Positions 8,642-18,254 of a stretch of 47,956 nucleotides of DNA are shown in pieces. The translations under genes and the position numbers were made by a program. This stretch comes from Myxococcales bacterium (GTDB lineage Bacteria; Myxococcota_A; Polyangia; Fen-1088): the NCBI GenBank assembly GCA_003157775.1, contig PMKP01000223.1:1-47956 (forward strand), given 5' to 3'. The notes under the pieces were generated by a model, which saw only the letters and a list, made by a program, of their open reading frames with translations, did no database searches and was not told where the DNA came from. Each line of letters begins with the position of its first letter. The stretch's first letter is position 1.

Positions 8642-10357
8642 TCAGAGGTGCGCTGGCAGCATTCCATCGGCGAGCGTGGTCTCAAAGGGGTACTCGATAA
8701 TGAGCCCACGTCCCGTCGTTCTTCGTGCCGCGGAGAATCGCTCATCCCGCCTTTGCAGGAAGTAGAGCGCTTCTCCCGTCTCTGGCGATAGCGCACGTCC
8801 TACCGCAAATACTCCCTTGAAATCGATATAGCGCCCAATCGTGTCGTTCTGCCAAACATTGGCGATCACTTCATTTGGCGAAGAGAAGGCGGGCTCCTTC
8901 CGCACCATCGGGGCTATCACATGAAAATACTCTGGCTGCAGTTCGGGATAGCACGCAGGACAGGTCCTGCCGAAGATGGGCTGAACCCCCTCGGTGCTTC
9001 CTCGTGTGGCAATCGTGGCGTTTGCCAAGCCCCACATTTCGATGACAGATCCCTCGGTGTAGTAACCAAAGACACCACCGTAGTCGGTCACCAAGCGTCC
9101 GCCGGGTGGCACGACCTGGCTCAAGAACTCCGCCGCCCGCAGGTAGTTTTTGACGTTTGAGGTTTCCCGGGCGACGCCAGCCAGTTTGTTCTTTTCGAAA
9201 TCGTCGTTGAGAAAACGATGGTCCGTTCGCACAGCCATCATTGCGGCGAGCAGAACAAACGGGACCGGAATAGACCACCGAAGGCGGCTTCTAGAGCGAA
9301 AGAAGGCGATCGTGGCGTTCGCTCCTGACACAACCAAGAAAACCACTAAGAAAGGCACGGTTGGCAAGAGAAACCGCCCGTAGGGCATCCAATCCCCTCC
9401 CACAGCGACGACGTACAGCCAATGAATTACGACAAAAGCGCCCACCAAGGCAGCTCCAAGCCTTCTGCGCCAAAGCAGCCAAAGCCATGCGACTAGTCCA
9501 CACCAGAGCCAGGCCCCTGTCGCTTCACCGAGCAGGTATTCGATGCCTTGGCGCGGCAAAAGCTTGGGTAGAAGCGCCTTCGCATAGTAGGTGCTCGGCA
9601 GGAACAGGCCGTAGTAGTGCCAGCGCCACATAAACCACAAAATGTAGACCGCAACCGGCGGCGCAAAAGTGCGAATGAATCGCCGGATCGATCGAGCATC
9701 ACCCCTGGAAAACACGCGCAGAAATGACCAGCCCAGCATGGTCCCCCAGGGAACGAATCCGTCGATCCGCATGAGTGCAACACAGAGCCCACCCCAGGCC
9801 GCCCACTTTTGCCATCGCGGCTCCGCGAAAGATTGTACCGTCGCCGCGAATGCGAAGACAACCAGCGCAACATAGGGAAGAGTCTCCATCCCCATGAGGT
9901 AGGAAACCGCAAGGTCGGTATTGAATGAAAGTAAAAGCACGCAGACCGAAGCGACCAGGCTCGATGCTCCGAACGAGCGTGCAAGTCGGTAGACAGCCCA
10001 TCCCAACAACACCACGAAGGGCACCCCCATGACCCTGGCCATGGTAAGGGGCGCCGCGCCTCGAGTAACAATCAGAGGCAGCGCTACGAGCACCATCCAT
10101 AGGAAGGTCGAGTAGCCTTCCACCCGGACGCCATGGCTGTAGACTGGTCCATGACCCAGCGCCAGGTTCTTCGAGGACGAAAAGGTAATGAATGCGTCGT
10201 CGATTCTTGCGTCACCGAGCGACACACACTGCAAGACAAACATCACGATCGCAAAGAACGTTACCAACCACAGAGGCCACTGCCGCACGCCCGTCCCAAT
10301 CCAATGCACCGCTGTGGCGCGCCATAGCTGTCGATGTATTGCGGAAGTGCGGTCCAA
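8642..10357 (-). CDS. Polytopic GT-C-fold glycosyltransferase (AftB-like membrane protein)
   Basis: DDAFITF...NLALGHGPVY...RVEGYSTFLW first-loop motif, GMET, RIDG, GGDWMPYGRFLLP; about 10 or more TM segments; TTG start uncertain. Confidence 0.75.
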   Translation of the reverse strand: MDRTSAIHRQLWRATAVHWIGTGVRQWPLWLVTFFAIVMFVLQCVSLGDARIDDAFITFSSSKNLALGHGPVYSHGVRVEGYSTFLWMVLVALPLIVTRGAAPLTMARVMGVPFVVLLGWAVYRLARSFGASSLVASVCVLLLSFNTDLAVSYLMGMETLPYVALVVFAFAATVQSFAEPRWQKWAAWGGLCVALMRIDGFVPWGTMLGWSFLRVFSRGDARSIRRFIRTFAPPVAVYILWFMWRWHYYGLFLPSTYYAKALLPKLLPRQGIEYLLGEATGAWLWCGLVAWLWLLWRRRLGAALVGAFVVIHWLYVVAVGGDWMPYGRFLLPTVPFLVVFLVVSGANATIAFFRSRSRLRWSIPVPFVLLAAMMAVRTDHRFLNDDFEKNKLAGVARETSNVKNYLRAAEFLSQVVPPGGRLVTDYGGVFGYYTEGSVIEMWGLANATIATRGSTEGVQPIFGRTCPACYPELQPEYFHVIAPMVRKEPAFSSPNEVIANVWQNDTIGRYIDFKGVFAVGRALSPETGEALYFLQRRDERFSAARRTTGRGLIIEYPFETTLADGMLPAHL

Positions 10358-10697
10358 TTGGGCACCATCGGCCGTTCTAGAACCACGGATGGAGGGTTGT
10401 GTTCATGCCCTTGCGGTGGGCTGTATGGGCAAGAGGCATGCCAGCGGAAGATGGCCTTTTACCTACGGTTGACGGTGATTTGCAGGCCAGCGACGCGAGA
10501 TTCGCGACTTTGGTGTCAGAGTTTGGTCGTGATCTCTTGAGCCCCACTAGGCAGGCCATCTCCAGATGACAAATGACGGCATCTGCGATGGCAAAGATCT
10601 CCAACTTGCGCGGATTCTTCAGGTCGAATCCGCGCCCAAGAGATCAACTCCACCCCTCTGCCCCAAGGGGAAGTAGGCCGAAACTGTCCGCTGCTGT

Positions 10698-11750
10698 ATG
10701 CTGCAGCAGATTCCTGACACACTGGACTTCGGCAAGGTTACCCTCAACACCACCGCCAGAGGCGCCATCACCCTGACCAACAACGGCAGTGATGTTTGCC
10801 AGGTTTCTGGCCTCGACTTCGGCCCAAGCACCGACCCGGGCTTTGGGTTTGACCCGGACCAGGCACGCGCCTTCACGGTTGCGCCAGGGTTGAGCCAGGC
10901 TATCTCCGTCACTTTCGGCGCGTTCGACAGTGCGCCGCCGCACCTTCGGACCGGGACAGTGGTTCTGCAAACTGGCAACTCGCGTTCGCCGACGGCGTCG
11001 ATCGAATTGTCAGCCACCGTCAGCACGGCCTGCGTCGAGGCCAGCCAGTGGATTTACATCGTGGACGGAACCAGCAGCATGTTCTCGCGCTTTGATCCAG
11101 CTACGTTGACCTTCACCGACATCGGTGTGCTCGACTGTCCGGGAGATTCCACGCCCTATTCGATGGCGGTCGATCAGGACGCGGTTGCTTGGGTGGTATA
11201 CGGCGACGGCCAGCTCTATAAGGTGGATACCAGAACTGCACGGTGCGAGGCGACCAGCTTCCAGGTGGGACAGCATGGGATTATCACATTTGGAATGGGT
11301 TTCGTGTTCGCGCCGGCAAAGGACGTGGATACTCTCTACATCGCCGGTAGCGACGAGACTGGCTACACCAAGCTGGCCACCGTGGCGTTTCCTTCGCTGG
11401 TGGTAACGCCGATTGGGACCGTGACGGCCGGTGATGTGGAGCTGACCGGAACGGGTGACGGCAGCTTGTGGGGCTTCGTCCCGTCCGGGGCCAACCCAGA
11501 CGACCAGTCGGTGCTGGTGCGGCTCGATCCGGCCAGCGGCGCGACGCTGGAGAGCTACTCCTACCCGACTGTCGTGGGAGACACGTCTTGGGCCATGAAA
11601 TTCTGGGGCGGATCGTTCTGGATCTTCCTCGACGGGGCGGTGTATGAGGCGCCACGCGCCACGCCGCAAACCATCCGCACCGTCATCGCCGATACTGCTG
11701 GCCGCGACATCGTGGGCGCGGGGGTATCGACCTGCGCACCGCTATTCTAG
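10698..11750 (+). CDS. Ig-like (ASH/choice-of-anchor D type) domain plus beta-propeller protein; no signal peptide, possibly 5'-truncated
   Basis: PDTLDFGKV...ITLTNNGS...FTVAPG...VTF Ig motif; propeller-like repeats ending IVGAGVSTCAP; in-frame TAG at 10674. Confidence 0.7.
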   Translation: MLQQIPDTLDFGKVTLNTTARGAITLTNNGSDVCQVSGLDFGPSTDPGFGFDPDQARAFTVAPGLSQAISVTFGAFDSAPPHLRTGTVVLQTGNSRSPTASIELSATVSTACVEASQWIYIVDGTSSMFSRFDPATLTFTDIGVLDCPGDSTPYSMAVDQDAVAWVVYGDGQLYKVDTRTARCEATSFQVGQHGIITFGMGFVFAPAKDVDTLYIAGSDETGYTKLATVAFPSLVVTPIGTVTAGDVELTGTGDGSLWGFVPSGANPDDQSVLVRLDPASGATLESYSYPTVVGDTSWAMKFWGGSFWIFLDGAVYEAPRATPQTIRTVIADTAGRDIVGAGVSTCAPLF

Positions 11751-12020
11751 CCCCTTGATGGCCAATGCCAGGCTTCAAGTCGGAAGCGAACATAGATGGT
11801 TCAGTGCGATGGTGACGGCGTGCTCGGACACTCTGCCACCGTCGGCCAGAGCGGGGACACCGATGGAGGTTTGGCTAGGCGCAAATGCTACGACTAGCTC
11901 GCGCGCAAAGGATGGTGAGCCGCCGGCGCGCGCAGCGGCGGGGCAGGCCAGCGACGCCAATCCTAGCCCATAGCGTCAGAGCTGAACTAGCCGCGCCGAT
12001 GGCCAAGACATCGGAGCCAT

Positions 12021-12049
12021 TTGACAGCGAGGGCACTCCTGCGTAGAAG
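12021..12049 (+). promoter_or_regulatory. Sigma70-like promoter for small lipoprotein gene
   Basis: TTGACA-17 bp-TAGAAG; AAGGAG RBS upstream of ATG 12110. Confidence 0.45.
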
Positions 12050-12109
12050 GACGCCAGGTTGACGCTAGGACCCCAGAGGTCCCGTCCCCTTTACCCAAGG
12101 AGAAACAAC

Positions 12110-12412
12110 ATGACCCGCACGATCAAGGCTCTTTCGACGCTGGCTCTCGGTGGAATGCTATTTGGTGTCACGGGCTGCGAGGACACTGTCTGCAAAGAGG
12201 CGCTGGCCAAGGCGACCGCCGCCACCGCCGATGTGCAGAAGACGGTGAGTGCGCAGGCCGCGGAGATCAGCGGCTTGCGAGCCAGGCTGGCCGCAGCGGA
12301 TCAGGCCACGGCAGCGGCGAAGAAGGCGCTTGAGGAAGCCAAGGCGGCGGCTGCCAAGCCTGCCGAGCCCGCAGCTCCGGCCGCGAAGGCCGTCAAGGGC
12401 AAGAAGAAGTAA
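12110..12412 (+). CDS. Small coiled-coil lipoprotein with Ala/Lys-rich C-terminus
   Basis: RBS AAGGAG; MTRTIKALSTLALGGMLFGVTGC lipobox; heptad Ala-rich helix; ends KGKKK. Confidence 0.85.
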   Translation: MTRTIKALSTLALGGMLFGVTGCEDTVCKEALAKATAATADVQKTVSAQAAEISGLRARLAAADQATAAAKKALEEAKAAAAKPAEPAAPAAKAVKGKKK

Positions 12413-12430
12413 GCTTCTGTGTCTAGCGCG

Positions 12431-12466
12431 GGAGGGGGGCTCGCAGGACTGCGTGCACCCCCTCTT
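12431..12466 (+). terminator. Hairpin downstream of small lipoprotein gene
   Basis: GAGGGGG...CGCAG GAC TGCG...CCCCCTC stem; weak U tract. Confidence 0.4.
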
Positions 12467-12525
12467 GATGTCGCGGGCCTGCCTCCCGACCGCGAGAAGT
12501 AGCGCGCAGCCGAGGGGCAGGTGGA

Positions 12526-12708
12526 GCCGACGAGGCTGACCCTCGCTTTCGGCATGTGGGCATGGTCATATGCATGGCCTGCCATGCGTGTGTCGAGGAC
12601 GCGGCTCGCAAGGTGGGCGAGCGCTTCGCCAGCCGCAAGTCGGCCTTTGGCGAGCAGGGCGACATCACCGCCGAAGCCGCGGTTCAGATCGTGCGCGCAA
12701 GAGCGTAA
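12526..12708 (+). pseudogene. Probable 3' remnant of an iron-containing alcohol dehydrogenase (YqhD/Bdh-like)
   Basis: Frame reads FRHVGM...EDAARKVGERFASRKSAFGEQGDITAEAAVQIVRARA*, matching the Fe-ADH C-terminal pattern (F..GM....LGE..DIT.E....I); coding-like GC3; no 5' part. Confidence 0.45.
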
Positions 12709-12724
12709 AGTGCGCGCAGGCGCC

Positions 12725-14410
12725 CTACTGTGGCTGCGTGTAGGGCACGCCGTTGGCATTGCAAAGGTAGAAGGCCTGGTACTGGGGGTCCGTCACTAGC
12801 CCCTTTTGGGTGGTCCAACTGATCGAGGCGCAGGAGGGACGGCAGCAGTCCTCCATGGTGGTGGTTTCGTACATATTGTTGGAACTGCCGGTCTTGGAGC
12901 GAAAGTCCGGATCCTTGGCTGCCTGCGCTGCAGTCGTCACGTTCTTTTTCACTGCGGGCAATCCCTGGGGTGCCAGCTTGCAGCCGGTGACTCGGGTGAG
13001 ATTCTCGGGGCACTCGACCTTCGCCACGTAGACCGACCAGTTGAGGTGATAGAAGGTATCGATCGTGTTCGCCTTGATGCAGCCACTTTGAGACTGCTGG
13101 GTCAGACCTGGGATATTCGAAGCGATCTCATCGCAGGCGTTTGCGGTCTTCTGTACGCAAGCCGGAGAGGTCAGGGTCGCCTCGGTAACCCAACTAACCG
13201 CGGTCTTGCACTCCTGATAGAGGCTTGCAGGCTTTACCCCACCTTGGCTTGGCTGACCGTCGGCTGGGTAACTGGTGTACATGTAGAGGCCCGATCCCGA
13301 CTTGGCTATGACATTGCCGCTGCTATCAACCACTCGCGCGCAGGCGTTGTTGGCCCCCAACCCACCGGCGGGCATGTACACGTCGAAAGTCGTCGGTGTG
13401 GCCCCCGTGTTGAATGCCTGCGCGATGAGCGGAGGCGGAACCGGGATGGCCGAGGCTGGAGGATTGGGATTGTCGGGATTGAGCTGCACTTGCCGGTCGT
13501 TGCTGGGGCTCGGATAGGCATAGACCAGTTGGTAGCATTGACAGCAGGCACTCTGAGCGTTGCCGTCGATCCCTCCTGGATCCCCAACGTCGTGTCCGAC
13601 AACCGCGTAGTGAAAGCCAATGTTTCCGTCGTCCGCCGCGGCTTGTTCCATCTCGGGGCTGAACAACTGGTTCCGCTGGCACATGAAGGTCATGTCGGGC
13701 TGAGCCTTGGTGCCGGTGGGGGGGGCCGCACAAGCGTTGGCGACCGTGCATTTCCCGCCACAGTCAGTGGTCGTGTCCCCGTCCAGACACCCCGTCTTGG
13801 CGTTGTAGTCGTAGGGGATGAAGTCTTGATCGTGGCACTGATCGGGCGGCGGAAGCTTGTAGCTAACTGCGCTGCCACCCGCTCCCCCCGCGTCACCGGT
13901 CGTACCGGCTGTGCCACCGGCTCCCGCATTGCCCCCGCCGGCAGCCATGCCGCCGGCTCCGGCGTTTCCCCCGCTGACAGTCGAGCCGCCGGCTCCGGCA
14001 TTTCCCCCGCTGACAGTCGAGCCGCCGGTTCGGGTATTTCCCCCACTGGCAGTCGACCCGCCCGCTGGTTGCGTGCCGCCGACTGGTTGCGTGCCGCCGC
14101 TACTCGGGGCGCCGCCCATCGCCGTCGAGCCTGCCGTGGCGGTGGAGCCGCCCGTGCTCGTGCCGCCCGTGGTTGATCCGCCGTTTCCACCGGCAGCCGA
14201 CGAGCTTGAGGAGCCTGCGGAGCCGCCGTTCCCCGAGGCACCTCCGCTGCTCGTGCTTCCTCCTGCCGGCTTCGTGGAAGGCCCCGTCGATCCGCCATTG
14301 CCAGACCCAGTTGCCGTCACCTTGGCGCACGCCCCGACTCCTGCCATCAATGCGCACACGGCCCCTGTCGTTATGAGTCGTGGGAGTCGTATAGTCGCGA
14401 TGAAAGCCAT
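12725..14410 (-). CDS. GH45-like endoglucanase lipoprotein, circularly permuted catalytic domain, Gly-rich stalk
   Basis: Start MAFIATIRL (14410), lipobox VGAC; FMCQRNQ, CCQCYQLVY, FDVYMPAGGLG, VECPENLTRVTGC, then C-terminal TTTMEDCCRPSC...FYLCNAN. Confidence 0.8.
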   Translation of the reverse strand: MAFIATIRLPRLITTGAVCALMAGVGACAKVTATGSGNGGSTGPSTKPAGGSTSSGGASGNGGSAGSSSSSAAGGNGGSTTGGTSTGGSTATAGSTAMGGAPSSGGTQPVGGTQPAGGSTASGGNTRTGGSTVSGGNAGAGGSTVSGGNAGAGGMAAGGGNAGAGGTAGTTGDAGGAGGSAVSYKLPPPDQCHDQDFIPYDYNAKTGCLDGDTTTDCGGKCTVANACAAPPTGTKAQPDMTFMCQRNQLFSPEMEQAAADDGNIGFHYAVVGHDVGDPGGIDGNAQSACCQCYQLVYAYPSPSNDRQVQLNPDNPNPPASAIPVPPPLIAQAFNTGATPTTFDVYMPAGGLGANNACARVVDSSGNVIAKSGSGLYMYTSYPADGQPSQGGVKPASLYQECKTAVSWVTEATLTSPACVQKTANACDEIASNIPGLTQQSQSGCIKANTIDTFYHLNWSVYVAKVECPENLTRVTGCKLAPQGLPAVKKNVTTAAQAAKDPDFRSKTGSSNNMYETTTMEDCCRPSCASISWTTQKGLVTDPQYQAFYLCNANGVPYTQPQ

Positions 14411-14519
14411 ATGAGTAGAGTAGCTATGTCCCGCGGATTTGGAAAGGGACCCGCGCGCAGTAACAGTTCGCGCGGCGGGCTGTGGAGATCTACGCACGTC
14501 TTGGCGGTAGCTGGCACGG

Positions 14520-16592
14520 TCAACGCACTGGCCGTGAAACTCGGTGGCTCGCAGCGGTTGAGCGACGGTGCGTGCTTGGTGGCTTGTTCGCAGGGGGACG
14601 GGCTCGGCGGGCCTGCTGGTGGTCAGGCGGGACCAGGCAGTCCCGGCCGTTGCCGATGAGATCTCTCCGGCCCAGGTGGACGAGGGCAGCGCGAAGTAGC
14701 GGCCAGTTTTCCGGATCGTGGTAGCGCAGAAATGCCTTGTGCAGCCGGCGCTCTTTCTCGCCGCGGGCCACGTAGACTTCTTCGCCGCCGCGCCGGCGCA
14801 GGGGACGCAGGGGGTTCTTGCCTGTGTGGTACATGGCTGTGGCAGTGGCCATGGGTGTGGGCAGAAAGGCTTGCACCTGGTCGGGCCGGAAAGCGTTGCG
14901 CTTGCACCAGAGGGCGAGCGCCACCATGTCTCGCAGGGTGGTGCCCGGGTGCGCGGCGATGAAATAGGGAATGAGATACTGTTGCTTGCCCGCCTGGCGC
15001 GAGAAGCGTTCAAACAGCACGCGGAACTCCTCGAACGCGGCGATGCCGGGCTTGCCCATCTTGGCCAGCGGCCCGGGCTCACTGTGCTCAGGCGCGACCT
15101 TGAGGTAGCCACCCACGTGGTGCCTGACCAGCTCTTCGATATAGGCGGGCGAGGCCAGGGCCAAGTCGTGGCGCACGCCTGAGCCGATGGTGATCTTCTT
15201 CACCCCTTCTGCCTGGCGCGCCCGCTGGTAGAGATCAATGAGCGGGCCGTGGTCGGTATCGAGGTTGGGACAGATGCCTGGGAAAAGGCACGAGGGCCGG
15301 CGGCACGCTGCCTCGATCAAAGGGTTCTTGCATGCCAGCCGATACATGTTGGCGGTGGGCCCGCCCAGATCGGAAATCACTCCCGTGAAGCCGGGCGTTC
15401 TCTCGCGTACCGACGCGATCTCGCGCAAGACCGACTCGGGCGATCGGCTTTGGATGATGCGACCTTCGTGTTCAGTGAGCGAGCAGAAGGTGCAGCCGCC
15501 AAAGCATCCGCGCATGATGGCGATCGAGCACTTGATCATCTCATACGCGGGAATGCGCGCGCCGCCATAGCTCGGGTGGGGCCGGCGCGAAAAGGGAAGA
15601 TCGTAGACGGCGTCCAGCTCTGCTGTGGTGAGCGGCAGAGCCGGCGGATTGACCCACAGGTCCCGGCTGCCGTGCCGCTGCAGCAAGGCGCGCGCGTTAC
15701 CCGGATTGGATTCGAGATGGACGATGCGCGAGGCGTGGGCGTAAAGAACCGGATCTTTGGCCACCGCTTCGAAACTGGGCAGGCGGATGACCTGTCCGTT
15801 GGACCCACGCCTACGGCCGATGGTGGTGCAATCGATCTGATATGGCTTTGGCGCCTTGGCTGACAGGGCGAAGGCCGTGCCGCGCACGTCGGTGATCGCT
15901 GCGACTGGCTCGCCCGCGGCCAGACGACGGGCGATCTCGACCACCTGGCGCTCGCCGTTGCCGTAGACGAGCAGGTCCGCCTTGGAATCGAAAAGCACGG
16001 ATCGCCGCACCTTGTCCGACCAGTAGTCATAATGAGCGACCCGGCGCAGGCTGGCTTCGATGCCGCCGATGACCACGGGCACGTCGGGAAAGGCTTCGCG
16101 GCAACGTTGGGCGTAGACTGTGACCGCGCGTTCCGGCCGCAGGCCAGGCTTTGCGTCCGGCGAATACGCGTCATCGCTGCGCACCCGCTTCTCCGCGGTG
16201 AAAAGATTCACCATCGAGTCCATGTTCCCGGCGGTCACGCCGAACATGAGGGCAGGGCGGCCGAGGCAGGCGAATGCGGTTGCCGAACGCCAGTCGGGTT
16301 GGGCGATGATTCCGACGCGAAAGCCCTGTTCCTCCAGCACCCGGCCGATCAGCGCTGCGCCGAAGCTCGGGTGATCGACGTAGGCGTCGCCGGTCACCAG
16401 GATGACGTCGCAGCATTCCCAGCCGAGCTGCTCCATCTCGGCGCGCGACATGGGCAGGACCGGCGCCACGCCGAAACGATGCGCCCAGTACTTTCGCCGC
16501 GCGAACAGGGTTGGGCGCAATCGATTGGGCGAGACGATCTGCCAGCGGGAGGAGGTAGGCATCGAAGCTTCTTTGCCATCGGGTGTAGGCAT
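14520..16592 (-). CDS. ygiQ: YgiQ-family radical SAM protein (UPF0313)
   Basis: [60 protein letters not shown]. Confidence 0.95.
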   Translation of the reverse strand: MPTPDGKEASMPTSSRWQIVSPNRLRPTLFARRKYWAHRFGVAPVLPMSRAEMEQLGWECCDVILVTGDAYVDHPSFGAALIGRVLEEQGFRVGIIAQPDWRSATAFACLGRPALMFGVTAGNMDSMVNLFTAEKRVRSDDAYSPDAKPGLRPERAVTVYAQRCREAFPDVPVVIGGIEASLRRVAHYDYWSDKVRRSVLFDSKADLLVYGNGERQVVEIARRLAAGEPVAAITDVRGTAFALSAKAPKPYQIDCTTIGRRRGSNGQVIRLPSFEAVAKDPVLYAHASRIVHLESNPGNARALLQRHGSRDLWVNPPALPLTTAELDAVYDLPFSRRPHPSYGGARIPAYEMIKCSIAIMRGCFGGCTFCSLTEHEGRIIQSRSPESVLREIASVRERTPGFTGVISDLGGPTANMYRLACKNPLIEAACRRPSCLFPGICPNLDTDHGPLIDLYQRARQAEGVKKITIGSGVRHDLALASPAYIEELVRHHVGGYLKVAPEHSEPGPLAKMGKPGIAAFEEFRVLFERFSRQAGKQQYLIPYFIAAHPGTTLRDMVALALWCKRNAFRPDQVQAFLPTPMATATAMYHTGKNPLRPLRRRGGEEVYVARGEKERRLHKAFLRYHDPENWPLLRAALVHLGRRDLIGNGRDCLVPPDHQQARRARPPANKPPSTHRRSTAASHRVSRPVR

Positions 16593-16783
16593 GAGACGGC
16601 TACCCTGCCCATGAATCTGTCAGATCCGCAGGCCAAGTGCGGCTCGAACCCCCCTTTACCCTTCGCTTTTCCGCGTTGACACTGACTGCTCGCAGTGATA
16701 GGCGAGCAAGCGGCGATTGATACGTCGCTGACCGACGGCAAAGCGATCCATTCTCACATCTTTCGTATCACAGGAGGCGTCCC

Positions 16784-18181
16784 ATGATTGCATCTCGGTG
16801 TTCAGGTTTGGCATCTTTGTTGTCGCTGGGGTTGGCTGCCAGCCTGGCTGGCTGTTTGTCAGACGACCAGGGTTTGGCCGATCCATCGCCGCCAGTGTCC
16901 GGCGTCCAGTTCGCGTTGTCTACCAGCGGCCTCCCGACCTGCAGCAAGTCCGTAGACGGTGAAATCTGGTACGTGTGGAGTTCTAGCAATTTCTATGTCT
17001 GCAAGGGTTCTACCGCGACATGGACCGTGACCAACATCAGTGGCCTTAGTGCGGCAGTACGCGTGACTCCACTGAGCGCGGGCACAGCGTGCCCCGCTGG
17101 TGGAATGACCGTCCAATTCGGGCTGGACACGAACCGGAACGGGAAGCTGGACGATTCCGAGGTGGCGACCAGCACGAATGTCTGCAACGGCACCAATGGG
17201 GCGACAGGCGCCACCGGGGCGACAGGCGCTACCGGGGCCACGGGCGCCACCGGCCCGCAGGGTGCCAACGGGACTCCAGGAGCCACGGGAGCGACAGGCG
17301 CCACCGGGGCCACGGGCGCTACCGGCCCGCAGGGTGCCAACGGGCTCAACGGAAACAATGGGCTCAACGGAAACAACGGGCTCAACGGCGCTCCAGGTGC
17401 CACCGGGGCTACCGGGCCGAACTCCCTGGTCACGCTTACGCCTGAACCGGCAGGGACCAACTGTGCAAACGGCGGCGTCAAAATTGAGACGGGGCTCGAC
17501 AAGAACGGGGACAACATCCTGAGTGCCGACGAAGTGACGGACACGCAGTACGTATGCGATGGGGCCACTGGAGCAACCGGGGCGACGGGCGCGACAGGCG
17601 CAACGGGCGCGACGGGCCCCACTGGCGCAACGGGCGCTACCGGGGCAGCCGGGCCCAAAGGTGCGACAGGCGCAACGGGCGCCACAGGCGCGACGGGCGC
17701 GACAGGCGCAACGGGCGCGACAGGGGCGACGGGCGCAACGGGCGCGGCCGCCTACGCCCCGATCGTCACCTCTTGCAATAGTTATTACGCATCGGCCAAT
17801 CTCACCTCCGACAGCTACTACGACTACTTTGGCTGCTACATCTACGCGCCCGTCGCGGGCGGCACCGCCGTTGTGTCCGGAAACGCTCACTACTGGGTAT
17901 ACCGCGACGACGACACCTTCGACCTTATTTACATCTATGTCGGTAGCGCGTCCCTCTGCGCGGCCGGTTGCGATCTCGCAAACGCGCACAGGCAAGAGTA
18001 CAACTCCAACGCGGCGACGTACTGGAACCAGGAATCCGCCTCTGCGAGCGACACCTACTACTACGTCCCGGCGGGTTCCAATGCGTACTACTTGACCTCA
18101 TATTTTTCCACCAACGGATCGACCACGGTCTATTGGGATTCGGGCGCGATGTCCATAACCTGGTATCCGCCGGCGCCTTAG
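16784..18181 (+). CDS. Collagen-like lipoprotein with two Cys-bounded DxNxNG modules and a Tyr-rich C-terminal head
   Basis: GGAGG RBS; lipobox LAGC; two GXY tracts; modules CPAGG...[15 protein letters not shown]...VC and CANGG...[15 protein letters not shown]...VC. Confidence 0.85.
   Translation: MIASRCSGLASLLSLGLAASLAGCLSDDQGLADPSPPVSGVQFALSTSGLPTCSKSVDGEIWYVWSSSNFYVCKGSTATWTVTNISGLSAAVRVTPLSAGTACPAGGMTVQFGLDTNRNGKLDDSEVATSTNVCNGTNGATGATGATGATGATGATGPQGANGTPGATGATGATGATGATGPQGANGLNGNNGLNGNNGLNGAPGATGATGPNSLVTLTPEPAGTNCANGGVKIETGLDKNGDNILSADEVTDTQYVCDGATGATGATGATGATGATGPTGATGATGAAGPKGATGATGATGATGATGATGATGATGATGAAAYAPIVTSCNSYYASANLTSDSYYDYFGCYIYAPVAGGTAVVSGNAHYWVYRDDDTFDLIYIYVGSASLCAAGCDLANAHRQEYNSNAATYWNQESASASDTYYYVPAGSNAYYLTSYFSTNGSTTVYWDSGAMSITWYPPAP
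17189..17746 (+). repeat. Collagen-like Gly-Ala-Thr triplet tracts (17189-17419 and 17561-17746)
   Basis: 9-bp periodic GGNGCNACN repeats. Confidence 0.9.
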
Positions 18182-18254
18182 CTGCAGCGGGCCGCCATGC
18201 CCGGCGGCGGGTTCCTATGCTGATCGAGAAAATCGGCTCAAGGGCGGATGGTCG

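Noticed and set aside
10674-10676. In-frame TAG as pyrrolysine or programmed readthrough
   Set aside because: No pyl genes in the window, the upstream frame has further stops and yields no signal peptide
14512-14527. Sigma54-like TGGCAC-N-GC motif
   Set aside because: On the + strand facing the 3' end of a minus-strand gene, with a poor -12 element
14411-15112. 5' extension of the 795-aa ORF (similar over-long starts at 4152, 7503, 20471, 24404, 26590, 26694, 30588, 45288)
   Set aside because: Extensions overlap neighbouring genes or the riboswitch, or precede clear signal peptides; downstream starts were chosen
17750-18181. Tyr/Asp/Asn-rich C-terminus as a diversity-generating retroelement variable region
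   Set aside because: No template repeat, reverse transcriptase or CLec GFR signature in the window; a remote DGR cannot be excluded but nothing supports it
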